DNA of 51,755 nt from Parcubacteria group bacterium. Lineage in GTDB: Bacteria > Patescibacteriota > Minisyncoccia > Phycocordibacterales > Phycocordibacteraceae. Each line of letters starts with the position of its first letter. The first letter of the stretch is position 1. The stretch lies in NCBI GenBank assembly GCA_028286945.1, contig JAQBQR010000028.1:1-51755 (forward strand). Reading direction: 5' to 3'. Both the position numbers and the translations under genes were made by a program. The notes under the pieces are model-generated. The model saw only the letters and a program-made list of their open reading frames with translations. It searched no databases and had not been told where the DNA came from. Below, piece after piece: positions 37,476 to 46,008 of the stretch.

Positions 37476-38834
37476 ATGCAAATCGACATTAAATCAGCAG
37501 TCAAAGAAGTCGAACACCTATTAGAGGCATGGCTTCCGTTAAGACTCCAATACGATAAAGTCCTTGGTGCCTCAATTGCAATTATTTATAAAGGGGAGAT
37601 TTTATACAAAAAGGGCTTTGGGTACGCTGACCTAGAAAAAAAGATTGAAACAGACGAAAATACGTTATATCGCGTCGGCTCTGTATCAAAGATATTTACC
37701 TCAGCTGCAATTTTTCAGCTCGCAGAACAAAAAGAGATTACTATCACTGATCCTGTTTCAAAGTACCTGCCTTGGTTTAAAGGAGAAAATGAAAAAGGGA
37801 AGTTAGAAGATATTACAATCGAGGAATTGCTTTCGCACATGTCTGGTATTTGGGGAAATGGTAATACCCCGCATTGGTTTACCGGTGAATTTCCAACAAC
37901 ACTAGAGCCTCTTCCGAGCGAAGCGTTGGTTTTTGAGCCATCTTCAGAATTCAAATATTCTAATTACGGCTTTGCTGTTTTGGGTGAACTCATTGCCACG
38001 GTAACTGGTTTACCGTATGAAAAGTATGTTCAGACAAACATTTTACATAAACTTGGAATGGCATCGACGTTTACCGATTACAAAGATGATATAGCAGGCA
38101 TTGCAAACGGACTTGGACGAGAAATACCAGGTCAGGAAAGAGAAAAATATGGGCATTACGCTACTAATGCATATGCGCCAGCGACTGGCTTTATTTCAAA
38201 TGTTGTTGATCTTGCTAAGTACATTGCCACCTTCCCGGTCAGTGCTTCAGAGGAGATTCTAAAAAATGAATCCAAGCAAAAAATGATTGAGGAACCTGAT
38301 ACTTACTCAAGAGGTACTGACAAATACTGTTTAGGGATTGAAAAATATGAGATCGATGGCAAAAAGATATACGGCCATGGCGGGGGGTTTAAGGGCTTTG
38401 TATCACAAGTTTCAATTGATGCTGATAATGAGTTGGGCGTGGTTGTCCTTACGAATTCCTCAAAAGCACCCGTATGGACATATACCCAAAGTATTTTCCA
38501 AGCGATATATGGCATTGCTGAAAATAGTTCTGATTACCTATCAGAAAATAAAATTGATACAAAAAGATATGAGGGAATCTATCGAAACTCTGGAGAAGAT
38601 AACGTCGTAGTTAGGATAAAGGACGTATTAATTTCTTTTGGAATAAATACGAGCTCGCCATTGTTTGGTAATAATAAGACAATTTTGCATCCGATATCTG
38701 AAGATGTATTTCTCCTAGAAGGCGGCGGCGGATTTGGCGCAAAGGGTGAAACGGTTACCTTTAGCGATATGAAAGATGGTTTATCTCAGAGAGCAACGTT
38801 TGCTGGCACCCCGATGATACGGGTTAATCAGTGA
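37476..38834 (+). CDS. Serine hydrolase, beta-lactamase/PBP-like (AmpC-related) family
   Basis: SVSK (SxxK), YSN, HGG motifs; AT-rich relative to its neighbours. Confidence 0.88.
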   Translation: MQIDIKSAVKEVEHLLEAWLPLRLQYDKVLGASIAIIYKGEILYKKGFGYADLEKKIETDENTLYRVGSVSKIFTSAAIFQLAEQKEITITDPVSKYLPWFKGENEKGKLEDITIEELLSHMSGIWGNGNTPHWFTGEFPTTLEPLPSEALVFEPSSEFKYSNYGFAVLGELIATVTGLPYEKYVQTNILHKLGMASTFTDYKDDIAGIANGLGREIPGQEREKYGHYATNAYAPATGFISNVVDLAKYIATFPVSASEEILKNESKQKMIEEPDTYSRGTDKYCLGIEKYEIDGKKIYGHGGGFKGFVSQVSIDADNELGVVVLTNSSKAPVWTYTQSIFQAIYGIAENSSDYLSENKIDTKRYEGIYRNSGEDNVVVRIKDVLISFGINTSSPLFGNNKTILHPISEDVFLLEGGGGFGAKGETVTFSDMKDGLSQRATFAGTPMIRVNQ

Positions 38835-38840
38835 TGGAAG

Positions 38841-39338
38841 ATGAAAGAAGATACCCCACAAGAACAGTCGTCAGTTCCCGTATCATTGCGACAAGCAACT
38901 AAGGATGATTTATCGTTTCTATTTACGGTTTTAACAGAAGCAATGAAGCCGGTGGTGAAGATACTTAATCCAGACAAGGTATTTGATCAGGAGGATGAGC
39001 GGAAGAAACATGAAGCGGAGTTTGTGCCTGAACAAATAGAAGTTATTCAATATGAGAACAAAGACGTGGGTCGCTTGCGAGTAGTTCGTACTGACGAATC
39101 TATCTATATTGGCGGCATTCAAATTCTTCCTGAATACCAAGGAAAGGGAATTGGTACGGCCATTTTCACCAACCTCATACAAGAGTCTGAACAGTCGGGA
39201 CTACCCATTGCCTTGAAAGTGCATGACGTCAACGAACAGGCACTTAATTTCTATAGAAATCTTGGCTTCATCCCTGGCGAAAAAGTAAAGGATCAGACCA
39301 TGATGCGATACGTCCCTGCTGGGAAAGGTTCTAAATAG
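38841..39338 (+). CDS. GNAT-family N-acetyltransferase
   Basis: ILPEYQGKGIGT, N..ALNFYRNLGF. Confidence 0.9.
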   Translation: MKEDTPQEQSSVPVSLRQATKDDLSFLFTVLTEAMKPVVKILNPDKVFDQEDERKKHEAEFVPEQIEVIQYENKDVGRLRVVRTDESIYIGGIQILPEYQGKGIGTAIFTNLIQESEQSGLPIALKVHDVNEQALNFYRNLGFIPGEKVKDQTMMRYVPAGKGSK

Positions 39339-39365
39339 AGAGAAGTATTAATAATCGCGGAGAAA

Positions 39366-39403
39366 AAGAAAAGCCCCGCCGGCATGCCGGCGGGGCTTTT
39401 CTT
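39366..39403. repeat. Perfect 38-bp palindrome / bidirectional terminator, copy 1
   Basis: AAGAAAAGCCCCGCCGGCATGCCGGCGGGGCTTTTCTT, identical to 44044..44081. Confidence 0.9.
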
Positions 39404-39411
39404 TTTGCCTC

Positions 39412-40182
39412 TTAGTTATTGATGTCGATTGAACGACTTGCGAAGTTGTTTCCTTCATTTGATTCAACAACCTGATTGTTTGAATCAAGCGCGACGGTAA
39501 TGGTTCGGCTTACGCCTGAGTTACCACGGTCAAAGCCAAGGACGTAGTCAATGCTGTCGCCAGGTGCGAGTGACGGCTGATTTGCAGAGTTGTAGTTCTG
39601 CGCAGGAACCGTTGGAACGTTTACGTTGAAGTTCCAGCTTCCGGTGTAGTTTGTACCGGCGTTCGTAACGGTGAACTGGACTGCGCCAGACTTTCCATTA
39701 GGAACATTGTTTGAGGGAACGAACGTAGACGTATTTCCAGGAGAGTTCAGGTATCCCACGGCAGTGATGATCACCGCGAGGTCAGAAAGACCATGTGGTG
39801 CAACAGGAGTTGTGACGGTGGTCACCACGGTGGATGTCTGGCCCGTACCGGTTCCCGTCCCCGTACTGGTATGAACCGGGGTAGTGGTCGTTGCTGCAGT
39901 AACCGTGGTGGTTGCCGTAGTCGTAGCCACTATCGTTTCAAAGGGAAGGGTAGTCGTTGCCGTAACCACCTGGAGTGCAGGATCTTCGTTCTTCTTAAAG
40001 ATTGAAGAAAGTGAAACCGCAGCACCGCCAAAGCGTGATGCAATGCTTGGAACAAAGCGCGCACTGTAGATTGCAAGCCCAATACCAATAATAAGAAGCG
40101 CAATAAAGCCAACAATGGCAAGCGCATTTACAGCCGCACGGCGGCTGGGATCCCGGTTAATCGTCGTTGTCGTTATTTCCAT
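39412..40182 (-). CDS. Membrane-anchored protein with Thr-rich stalk and C-terminal CARDB domain
   Basis: N-terminal TM; SDLAV...FTVTNAG...LAPG...DSNNQVVESNEGNN. Confidence 0.8.
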   Translation of the reverse strand: MEITTTTINRDPSRRAAVNALAIVGFIALLIIGIGLAIYSARFVPSIASRFGGAAVSLSSIFKKNEDPALQVVTATTTLPFETIVATTTATTTVTAATTTTPVHTSTGTGTGTGQTSTVVTTVTTPVAPHGLSDLAVIITAVGYLNSPGNTSTFVPSNNVPNGKSGAVQFTVTNAGTNYTGSWNFNVNVPTVPAQNYNSANQPSLAPGDSIDYVLGFDRGNSGVSRTITVALDSNNQVVESNEGNNFASRSIDINN

Positions 40183-40191
40183 ATACTACGT

Positions 40192-40220
40192 TGTTTACCA
40201 TACTCGTATCATACTGTCAA
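40192..40220 (-). promoter_or_regulatory. Sigma70-type promoter of the CARDB gene
   Basis: TTGACA-17 nt-TAAACA with an extended TG. Confidence 0.55.
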
Positions 40221-40264
40221 GTCCGAATTATGAAGACGGCGTGAGCCAGGGTCTCACGCAGGGC

Positions 40265-40293
40265 TTGACATACTGTGATTTATAGTGTAAATA
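40265..40293 (+). promoter_or_regulatory. Sigma70-type promoter of the sortase gene
   Basis: TTGACA-17 nt-TAAATA. Confidence 0.55.
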
Positions 40294-40306
40294 TATGTAA
40301 GACTAT

Positions 40307-40987
40307 ATGACCACGAATTCGACCAGTGTACAGACCGCCGTCAAGCTTGTTACCGCAAGCCATAAGGCGTATACCCAGAAATGGGCCTTCCTGGGCCTCT
40401 TCGTGTTCGTTCTATTCATCTCAACCAGCGCGGCAGCAATCTTTGATGTGCTTCCTGATCCTGCGAAAACAGTGGCTGACGAAACAAGCGCACCGCTTGT
40501 CCTCGCACCAGTAACAGCGGTAGCTACTCCCGAGCTTCCAACGAAGATCGAGATCCCAGCCATCAGCCTTTCGCAGAAGATCGCAAACCCCAACACGACT
40601 GATGTGCAGCTTCTCGACAACGCACTTCTTGCTGGCCCGGTACGTTACCCAACTTCCGCCGAACTCGGCGTGAACGGTAACGTGATCATTTTCGGACACT
40701 CAAGCTACCTTCCGATTGTAAATAACCAGGCCTTCAAAGCCTTCGACGGAATTCAGAAGCTTAAGCAGGGAGATCGCATCACGGTCACCGGTGCTACACA
40801 TGTATTCGTATACAGCGTGGAGACCGTTGAAAAGAAGAGCGCCGCTACGGACGATTCGATTCCGCTTAGTGTTGAAGGAAGCAAGCTTACCCTTGCGACC
40901 TGTAACTCATTCGGAACTCATTCGGATCGTTTCGTAGTGACCGCTACGCTGGTTGAGACAGATGTACTTGTAAATACAGTGCAATAA
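40307..40987 (+). CDS. Sortase
   Basis: N-terminal TM; GNVIIFGHSS (His), L..GD.I.V, LTLATC (Cys), downstream R (SDRFVV). Confidence 0.9.
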   Translation: MTTNSTSVQTAVKLVTASHKAYTQKWAFLGLFVFVLFISTSAAAIFDVLPDPAKTVADETSAPLVLAPVTAVATPELPTKIEIPAISLSQKIANPNTTDVQLLDNALLAGPVRYPTSAELGVNGNVIIFGHSSYLPIVNNQAFKAFDGIQKLKQGDRITVTGATHVFVYSVETVEKKSAATDDSIPLSVEGSKLTLATCNSFGTHSDRFVVTATLVETDVLVNTVQ

Positions 40988-41107
40988 GTATTGTGGTAGG
41001 CTATCTGCCCCGGACATTCGTCCGAGATAGATAGCTCATTGCAATTCGGCATGAGTTGGTCTTAACAGCCGTCCCTTCAAGGGGCGCAAATAGAGGGAAG
41101 AACGTCA

Positions 41108-41992
41108 ATGAAATCGATCATTGCCGCCCTTGCGCTGCTCTTCGGGGTCGCGCTTGGGCAACCTGCGTCCGCGCAGTCCGTGGATCCGTGCAAACGTCCT
41201 GGCGTTTCCTGCTGGCACAATTTCGGGGCCGACCCCGCATATCACAGCAGGGCCGCCGCGATCGCCGATGCACCCCGTGTGTTTCGGCAAGCCGGATATT
41301 CCGAAAAGGTCATCAACGCTTTCAAGGCCGCGATGGCCAAGCCCGGCCGCCGCGTTCGTCTGGTGAATGGCGACATCCTGGCATTCATGCGCACGGGACC
41401 TTCGGGGATCATGCGCAACGTGCTGGTGGCTTTCCGCCAGCCGGTTGTCAACATGGAATTCGCCGCGCCTGCCGAGGAGTGGACCGTCGTCGTCGACGGC
41501 GAGACGCTCACGTCGGGCATTCCGGACATCTGCGACAACCTCTACATGAGGGTGCGGATTGTGGACGGTTGCGTTGAACTCACCTTCAATGCGAAAGTCC
41601 ACGGCAAGGTCCGGTGGGGCATCGGCTCGACCAATGGACCCATGCCTCCTGACGTTTGCAACGCGCAACATCAGGGTTCGGACGCCTGGTCGGCCTGGTA
41701 CGGCGAATGCGACGTGTGCATCCCCGCATACGGCTACATTCGCCGCGTGATGGGCGAGAACGCAACGGTGCCGCATCGGTACATGTATGACGTCACGCAG
41801 ACTCGACAGACTATTCGATTCTCGCGCGCAGTCTGGGCCAAGTTGGCTTATATCTGCCTCGAGGATGAGAATGGGGTCGGAACCTGCGGTGTCTACGTGC
41901 CGCCGAACGGCGTCGCGAGTGGTTGGAACAACCGCCATCACGTCGACATCGTCGACAGCTTCTGGCACTGGGGTGAAGATTGCCCTGAGTGA
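41108..41992 (+). CDS. Orphan secreted Cys-rich protein, GC-rich
   Basis: Signal peptide MKSIIAALALLFGVALGQPASA-Q; many Cys; purine-rich SD-like leader; own terminator. Confidence 0.72.
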   Translation: MKSIIAALALLFGVALGQPASAQSVDPCKRPGVSCWHNFGADPAYHSRAAAIADAPRVFRQAGYSEKVINAFKAAMAKPGRRVRLVNGDILAFMRTGPSGIMRNVLVAFRQPVVNMEFAAPAEEWTVVVDGETLTSGIPDICDNLYMRVRIVDGCVELTFNAKVHGKVRWGIGSTNGPMPPDVCNAQHQGSDAWSAWYGECDVCIPAYGYIRRVMGENATVPHRYMYDVTQTRQTIRFSRAVWAKLAYICLEDENGVGTCGVYVPPNGVASGWNNRHHVDIVDSFWHWGEDCPE

Positions 41993-42013
41993 CACGTCGT
42001 CACTCCCTCGCCT

Positions 42014-42055
42014 GTTAGGGGGCTCTGTTGCTTGCAACACCCTCCTAACTTTTTT
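42014..42055 (+). terminator. Intrinsic terminator after the orphan gene
   Basis: GTTAGGGGG...CCTCCTAAC followed by TTTTTT. Confidence 0.65.
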
Positions 42056-42118
42056 GTACGCCCGTAAGGGCAGGAGAACAATTTATTTATCTTTATTAAC
42101 GGTTAGAAAATTATCGAA

Positions 42119-44032
42119 ATGACTATGAAATCTATGAAAGATACAGTTACAAAAGTACAGGATCGTCCCATTGCAATGGGTATATTCGTCGTGCTTGCAG
42201 TTTTGGGTGTGGGTATTGCCATCGCTTTTGCGACTGGCATGACTTCTCCTACACTGGTTAAGGCGCAGGTTGTTGGTCCTCCATGTTGTACTCCACCACC
42301 GCCACCCCCCCCTCCTCCGCCCCCCCCACCGCCCCCACCACCGCCACCTCCGGTTGTTCCACCGATCCCACCGGTTACTCCTCCTGAACTTCCACCACCA
42401 CCACCAGAGACGCCACCAACTCCTCCAACTACACCTCCACCTCCTTCAGCAACCTGTGACTCACTCACCGCAAGCGCTGCGAGCATTAATCCTGGAGATG
42501 CGGTGACTCTGACCTGGCACACTACGAACGCAACTGCCTTTACGATTGATAATGGTGTTGGTTCCGTAACACCTGTTGATTCCGGAAACGTCGTTGTTCA
42601 TCCAACAGCGGACACCACCTATACCGGTACAGCTGCAGGAGCTTCAAACTCGGCAAGTTGTTCGGCACCGGTTCACATCATCCCAAAGACGACTACTACT
42701 CCTACCTGTAACTTCCTTCACGCAAGCGCGTCGACCATCAATTCTGGTGACGCCGTAACGCTCACGTGGAGCACCTCGAACGCAAGTTCAATCAGCATTG
42801 ATAACGGAGTAGGACCCGTAACGCCTGTTGATTCCGGAAACGTCGTTGTTCACCCAACGTCAAACACCACCTATACCGCAACGGTTCCTGGCGCACCTGC
42901 GAACTCAGCGTGTCAGGTTCCGGTTACGATCACGACGACCCATGTTCCAACCTGTGCTGAAACCAACTCATGCGGAGGAGGTGGAGGAGGGGGCGGTGGT
43001 GGAGGCGGCGGGGGCGGAGGAGGTGGTGGAGGCGGAAGCCCCAACATCGTTCTCAGCTCAAGCTCACGTCTTGCACCCCCACTTGGTAGCGTGTACCTCT
43101 CACAGATCCCGTACACCGGTCTTGACCTCGGTCCCGTTGGAACCGTTCTCTACTGGACAATGCTTGTGATCTGGAGTCTTGCAGCTGCATACCTCGTTCT
43201 CTTTGGATTCATTCCATTCATGCGTCGCCGCGCTGTAGCCTTTGGCTCAAACGTGAGCGAAGCACTTAACAACCAGCCATCACACACGGGGGCACACGCT
43301 ATGCCAGCAGCAAGTGTTGCCGCTTACTCAGCACCAGCTCCTGTCTACACGGCACCTGCGTATGCACCTGTTGCGCCGGCTCACACGCCAAACGTACATG
43401 AAACAGTTCACGCTGCAGCCGTAACGGCCGCAATGCCTGCACTCATGCCGCGTACCGCACCAGCACCTCGTATGGAAATGTCAGGTGACGGCTTCAAGAA
43501 GTTCGCTACATCTGACAGCCTCACCATCGATGACATCGTTAAGGGACTTTCACGTGAGTCAGGTATGCAGTTCACTGCAGAACCTACACACGCAGAAGCA
43601 CCCGTACAGCAGTCTGCACCTGCAGCTCCTGCACACGTTGAGGCACCGGTGTATGAAGCACCAGCTCCTCGTCCAGCTGCACCTGCAGCAAAGGTAGAGG
43701 AAGTACACCCTGAAGTAACAAACTTCATCGCCGCTATCCTTGAAGGTGAACGTGATGTGGTCTTCTCAACGATCCGTCACATTAATCAGGCAGGACACGA
43801 CGTTGAAGAGTTCGTCTCACACGCTATCCTCGCACTTGATGATGCCTACAAGGCCCGCATCGACGGAACACCTGTTCACGAAGATGTGAAGCGTGTAACG
43901 GATCACTGTGCAACGTCATTCCTCGAGCGCCTCGTCACGAGCCTTACAACGGCCGTTGACGGTAGCTACTCAATGGGAGTTACGGGCATCAAGCTTGCGC
44001 TTACGCGCGCACTTGCTGTGGCTCAGGGATAA
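42119..44032 (+). CDS. Putative sortase substrate: poly-Pro, two Ig-like repeats, poly-Gly, internal IPYTG-TM-RRR signal, cytoplasmic Ala/Pro-rich and helical domain
   Basis: Signal segment ending VKA-Q; Pro20 at 42293-42352; Gly21 at 42974-43036; IPYTG at 43106-43120; TM followed by RRR. Confidence 0.75.
   Translation: MTMKSMKDTVTKVQDRPIAMGIFVVLAVLGVGIAIAFATGMTSPTLVKAQVVGPPCCTPPPPPPPPPPPPPPPPPPPPVVPPIPPVTPPELPPPPPETPPTPPTTPPPPSATCDSLTASAASINPGDAVTLTWHTTNATAFTIDNGVGSVTPVDSGNVVVHPTADTTYTGTAAGASNSASCSAPVHIIPKTTTTPTCNFLHASASTINSGDAVTLTWSTSNASSISIDNGVGPVTPVDSGNVVVHPTSNTTYTATVPGAPANSACQVPVTITTTHVPTCAETNSCGGGGGGGGGGGGGGGGGGGGGSPNIVLSSSSRLAPPLGSVYLSQIPYTGLDLGPVGTVLYWTMLVIWSLAAAYLVLFGFIPFMRRRAVAFGSNVSEALNNQPSHTGAHAMPAASVAAYSAPAPVYTAPAYAPVAPAHTPNVHETVHAAAVTAAMPALMPRTAPAPRMEMSGDGFKKFATSDSLTIDDIVKGLSRESGMQFTAEPTHAEAPVQQSAPAAPAHVEAPVYEAPAPRPAAPAAKVEEVHPEVTNFIAAILEGERDVVFSTIRHINQAGHDVEEFVSHAILALDDAYKARIDGTPVHEDVKRVTDHCATSFLERLVTSLTTAVDGSYSMGVTGIKLALTRALAVAQG
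42450..42930 (+). repeat. Tandem intragenic repeat, 252-nt period (two 84-aa Ig-like units)
   Basis: Identical 29-mer CCTGTTGATTCCGGAAACGTCGTTGTTCA at 42572-42600 and 42824-42852. Confidence 0.85.
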
Positions 44033-44043
44033 TTCATCTCAAT

Positions 44044-44081
44044 AAGAAAAGCCCCGCCGGCATGCCGGCGGGGCTTTTCTT
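44044..44081. repeat. Perfect 38-bp palindrome / bidirectional terminator, copy 2
   Basis: Identical to 39366..39403; lies between convergent genes. Confidence 0.9.
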
Positions 44082-44092
44082 ATGTCTATGCG

Positions 44093-45856
44093 CTATGCAC
44101 GGGTTTTAATTTCTTCCTGCACCTTAGCAGCGAAGTCAGCAACGCTCATGGGCTCGAGCTTACCTGCATCACGGCTTTCAGGTGTTACGGTGCCAGCTTC
44201 CATCTCAGCGTCACCCACTATGAGTAGGTAGGGGATCTTTTGCATCTTTGCTGCACGGATACGCTTACCCAATGATTCATTTCCATCTTCAGCTTCTGCT
44301 CTAATACCTGCGTCAAATAATGTCTTAGCCACCTTGGCAGCGTATTCAGCGTGTTTGCCAGAGACAGGAAGTACCAATGTCTGTACTGGTGCTAACCAGG
44401 TAGGGAATGCTCCAGCAAAGTGTTCAATGAGGAAGCCAATAAATCGCTCATGCGTCCCGAGTGGCGCGCGGTGAATGATTGCTGGCGTTTTCTTCTTACC
44501 GTCGTTGTCCGTATACTCAAGTCCAAACCGCTTTCCCATAAACAAATCAAGCTGATTAGTCGATGCGGTGAACGCACGTCCAATAGAGGAGAAGATTTGG
44601 AAGTCCATCTTCGGGCCATAGAATGCAGCACCTTCATGTACTACCTTATACGGCACGCCGGACTTCTCCATGGCCTCAATGGTCATACGTTCTGCATCAA
44701 GCCAATCCTGCTCGTCCCCGTGGTATTTATCCATCTTGTTAGGGTCGCGCAGCGCAAGCTCCATTTCATAGTTTTCAATACCAAGAGCTTTGTAGTAATA
44801 CTCGTGAAGTTGGATTACGCGAACAAACTCTTCAACAGCATCCTCCTTCTGAATATAGATATGCGCATCATTCATCTGCATGCCGCGTACGCGCATAAGT
44901 CCGAAAAGGCTGCCAGAATCTTCGTAGCGATGGCACCATCCATATTCTGCATAGCGCACAGGGAGATCACGATAACTTTTTGGTCGTGCAGCAAATGTTT
45001 TATGATGGAACGGACAGTTCATCGGCTTGATGTAGTAGTTACCGCCTTCAATTTCAATCGGCGCATACATACTGTCCTTATAGAGAGGCAAGTGGCCAGA
45101 GGTATAGAACAGGTCTTCTTTCGTAATGATAGGTGTGGTTACACGCTGGTACCCCCACATTCGTTCCGTTTCCTTTGCCCAGTTCTCAAGCTCCTCTTTG
45201 ATGATATTTCCCTTAGGTAGCCATATGGGAAGTCCTTTTCCGATAGACTCATCGAAATGGAAGAGATCCATGTGTTCTCCAATGATGCGGTGGTCGCGCT
45301 TCTTTGCTTCCTCAAGCTGTGCCTTATGTGCATCAAGTTCTTCTTTCGTATCAAATGCTAATCCGTAAATGCGGGTGAGCATCGCGTTCTTTTCGTCTCC
45401 GCGCCAGTAGGCGCCAGCAATACGGGAAAGTTCGAAGGAATCTGGTGCTATCTCCTGGGAAGGATTTTCAACGTGGCCTCCACGGCAGAGGTCTGAATAT
45501 GTGCCGGAGGTGTAGAAGGAAACTTTTTGACCGTCCTTAGTAAACTCATCGATAAGTTCCTGCTTATACGGATTATCGACATATTCTGCTTTTGCTTCAT
45601 CAGCGGTCTTTTCGCTGCGGGTAAATTCAGTCCAGGTGGGGAGGATGTCACGCATGGTTTCTTCGATGCGCTTGAAATCTTCCTCGGAAGGTTTTTCATC
45701 AGGGAATTCAAAGTCGAAATAAAAACCGTCATCAATAGCGGGACCAATGGTGCGCTTAGCTGTTGGGTAGAGCTCAAGAACGGCTGCAGCTAAGAGGTGT
45801 GCCAGGGTGTGGCGCTTTTCGGACAGTGAAGTTGAAGTGGGAATATTCGATACCAT
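44093..45856 (-). CDS. thrS: Threonine-tRNA ligase (lacks the N-terminal TGS domain)
   Basis: RHTLAHLLA, DLCRGGH, GAYWRGD, RDHR, KPMNCP, GLMRVR, AFYGPK, HRAPLGTHERFIG. Confidence 0.96.
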   Translation of the reverse strand: MVSNIPTSTSLSEKRHTLAHLLAAAVLELYPTAKRTIGPAIDDGFYFDFEFPDEKPSEEDFKRIEETMRDILPTWTEFTRSEKTADEAKAEYVDNPYKQELIDEFTKDGQKVSFYTSGTYSDLCRGGHVENPSQEIAPDSFELSRIAGAYWRGDEKNAMLTRIYGLAFDTKEELDAHKAQLEEAKKRDHRIIGEHMDLFHFDESIGKGLPIWLPKGNIIKEELENWAKETERMWGYQRVTTPIITKEDLFYTSGHLPLYKDSMYAPIEIEGGNYYIKPMNCPFHHKTFAARPKSYRDLPVRYAEYGWCHRYEDSGSLFGLMRVRGMQMNDAHIYIQKEDAVEEFVRVIQLHEYYYKALGIENYEMELALRDPNKMDKYHGDEQDWLDAERMTIEAMEKSGVPYKVVHEGAAFYGPKMDFQIFSSIGRAFTASTNQLDLFMGKRFGLEYTDNDGKKKTPAIIHRAPLGTHERFIGFLIEHFAGAFPTWLAPVQTLVLPVSGKHAEYAAKVAKTLFDAGIRAEAEDGNESLGKRIRAAKMQKIPYLLIVGDAEMEAGTVTPESRDAGKLEPMSVADFAAKVQEEIKTRA

Positions 45857-45883
45857 ATGACCAAAAGGATAGCATATATAAGG

Positions 45884-46002
45884 AAAAACCGGGTGACGCT
45901 CTTGCGAGAATCACCCGGCTCTTACCGACGTGCAAGCACGTGGCGTCTCCGCGTCAGCCCAGAAAGGTGGGGATGGCACTGACACGAAAGGGGTACGGTG
46001 CT
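45884..46002 (-). ncRNA. Putative small RNA A (paralog of 46909..47044)
   Basis: Follows TTGACA-17-TACAGT; begins AGCACCGTAC; TTCGTGTCAG/CTGACGCGGA stem; CUUG-tetraloop hairpin; ends in a terminator CCGGGTGA...TCACCCGGTTTTT. Confidence 0.6.
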
Positions 46003-46008
46003 GGCAGC

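Noticed and set aside
41105-42040. 311-aa antisense ORF
   Set aside because: Shadow of the GC-rich plus-strand gene, which has a signal peptide, leader and terminator.
39366-44081. CRISPR repeats
   Set aside because: Only two copies 4.7 kb apart, with no spacer-sized periodicity and no cas genes.
44420-45220. 266-aa ORF antisense to thrS
   Set aside because: Lies wholly opposite a conserved essential gene and has no recognisable motifs.
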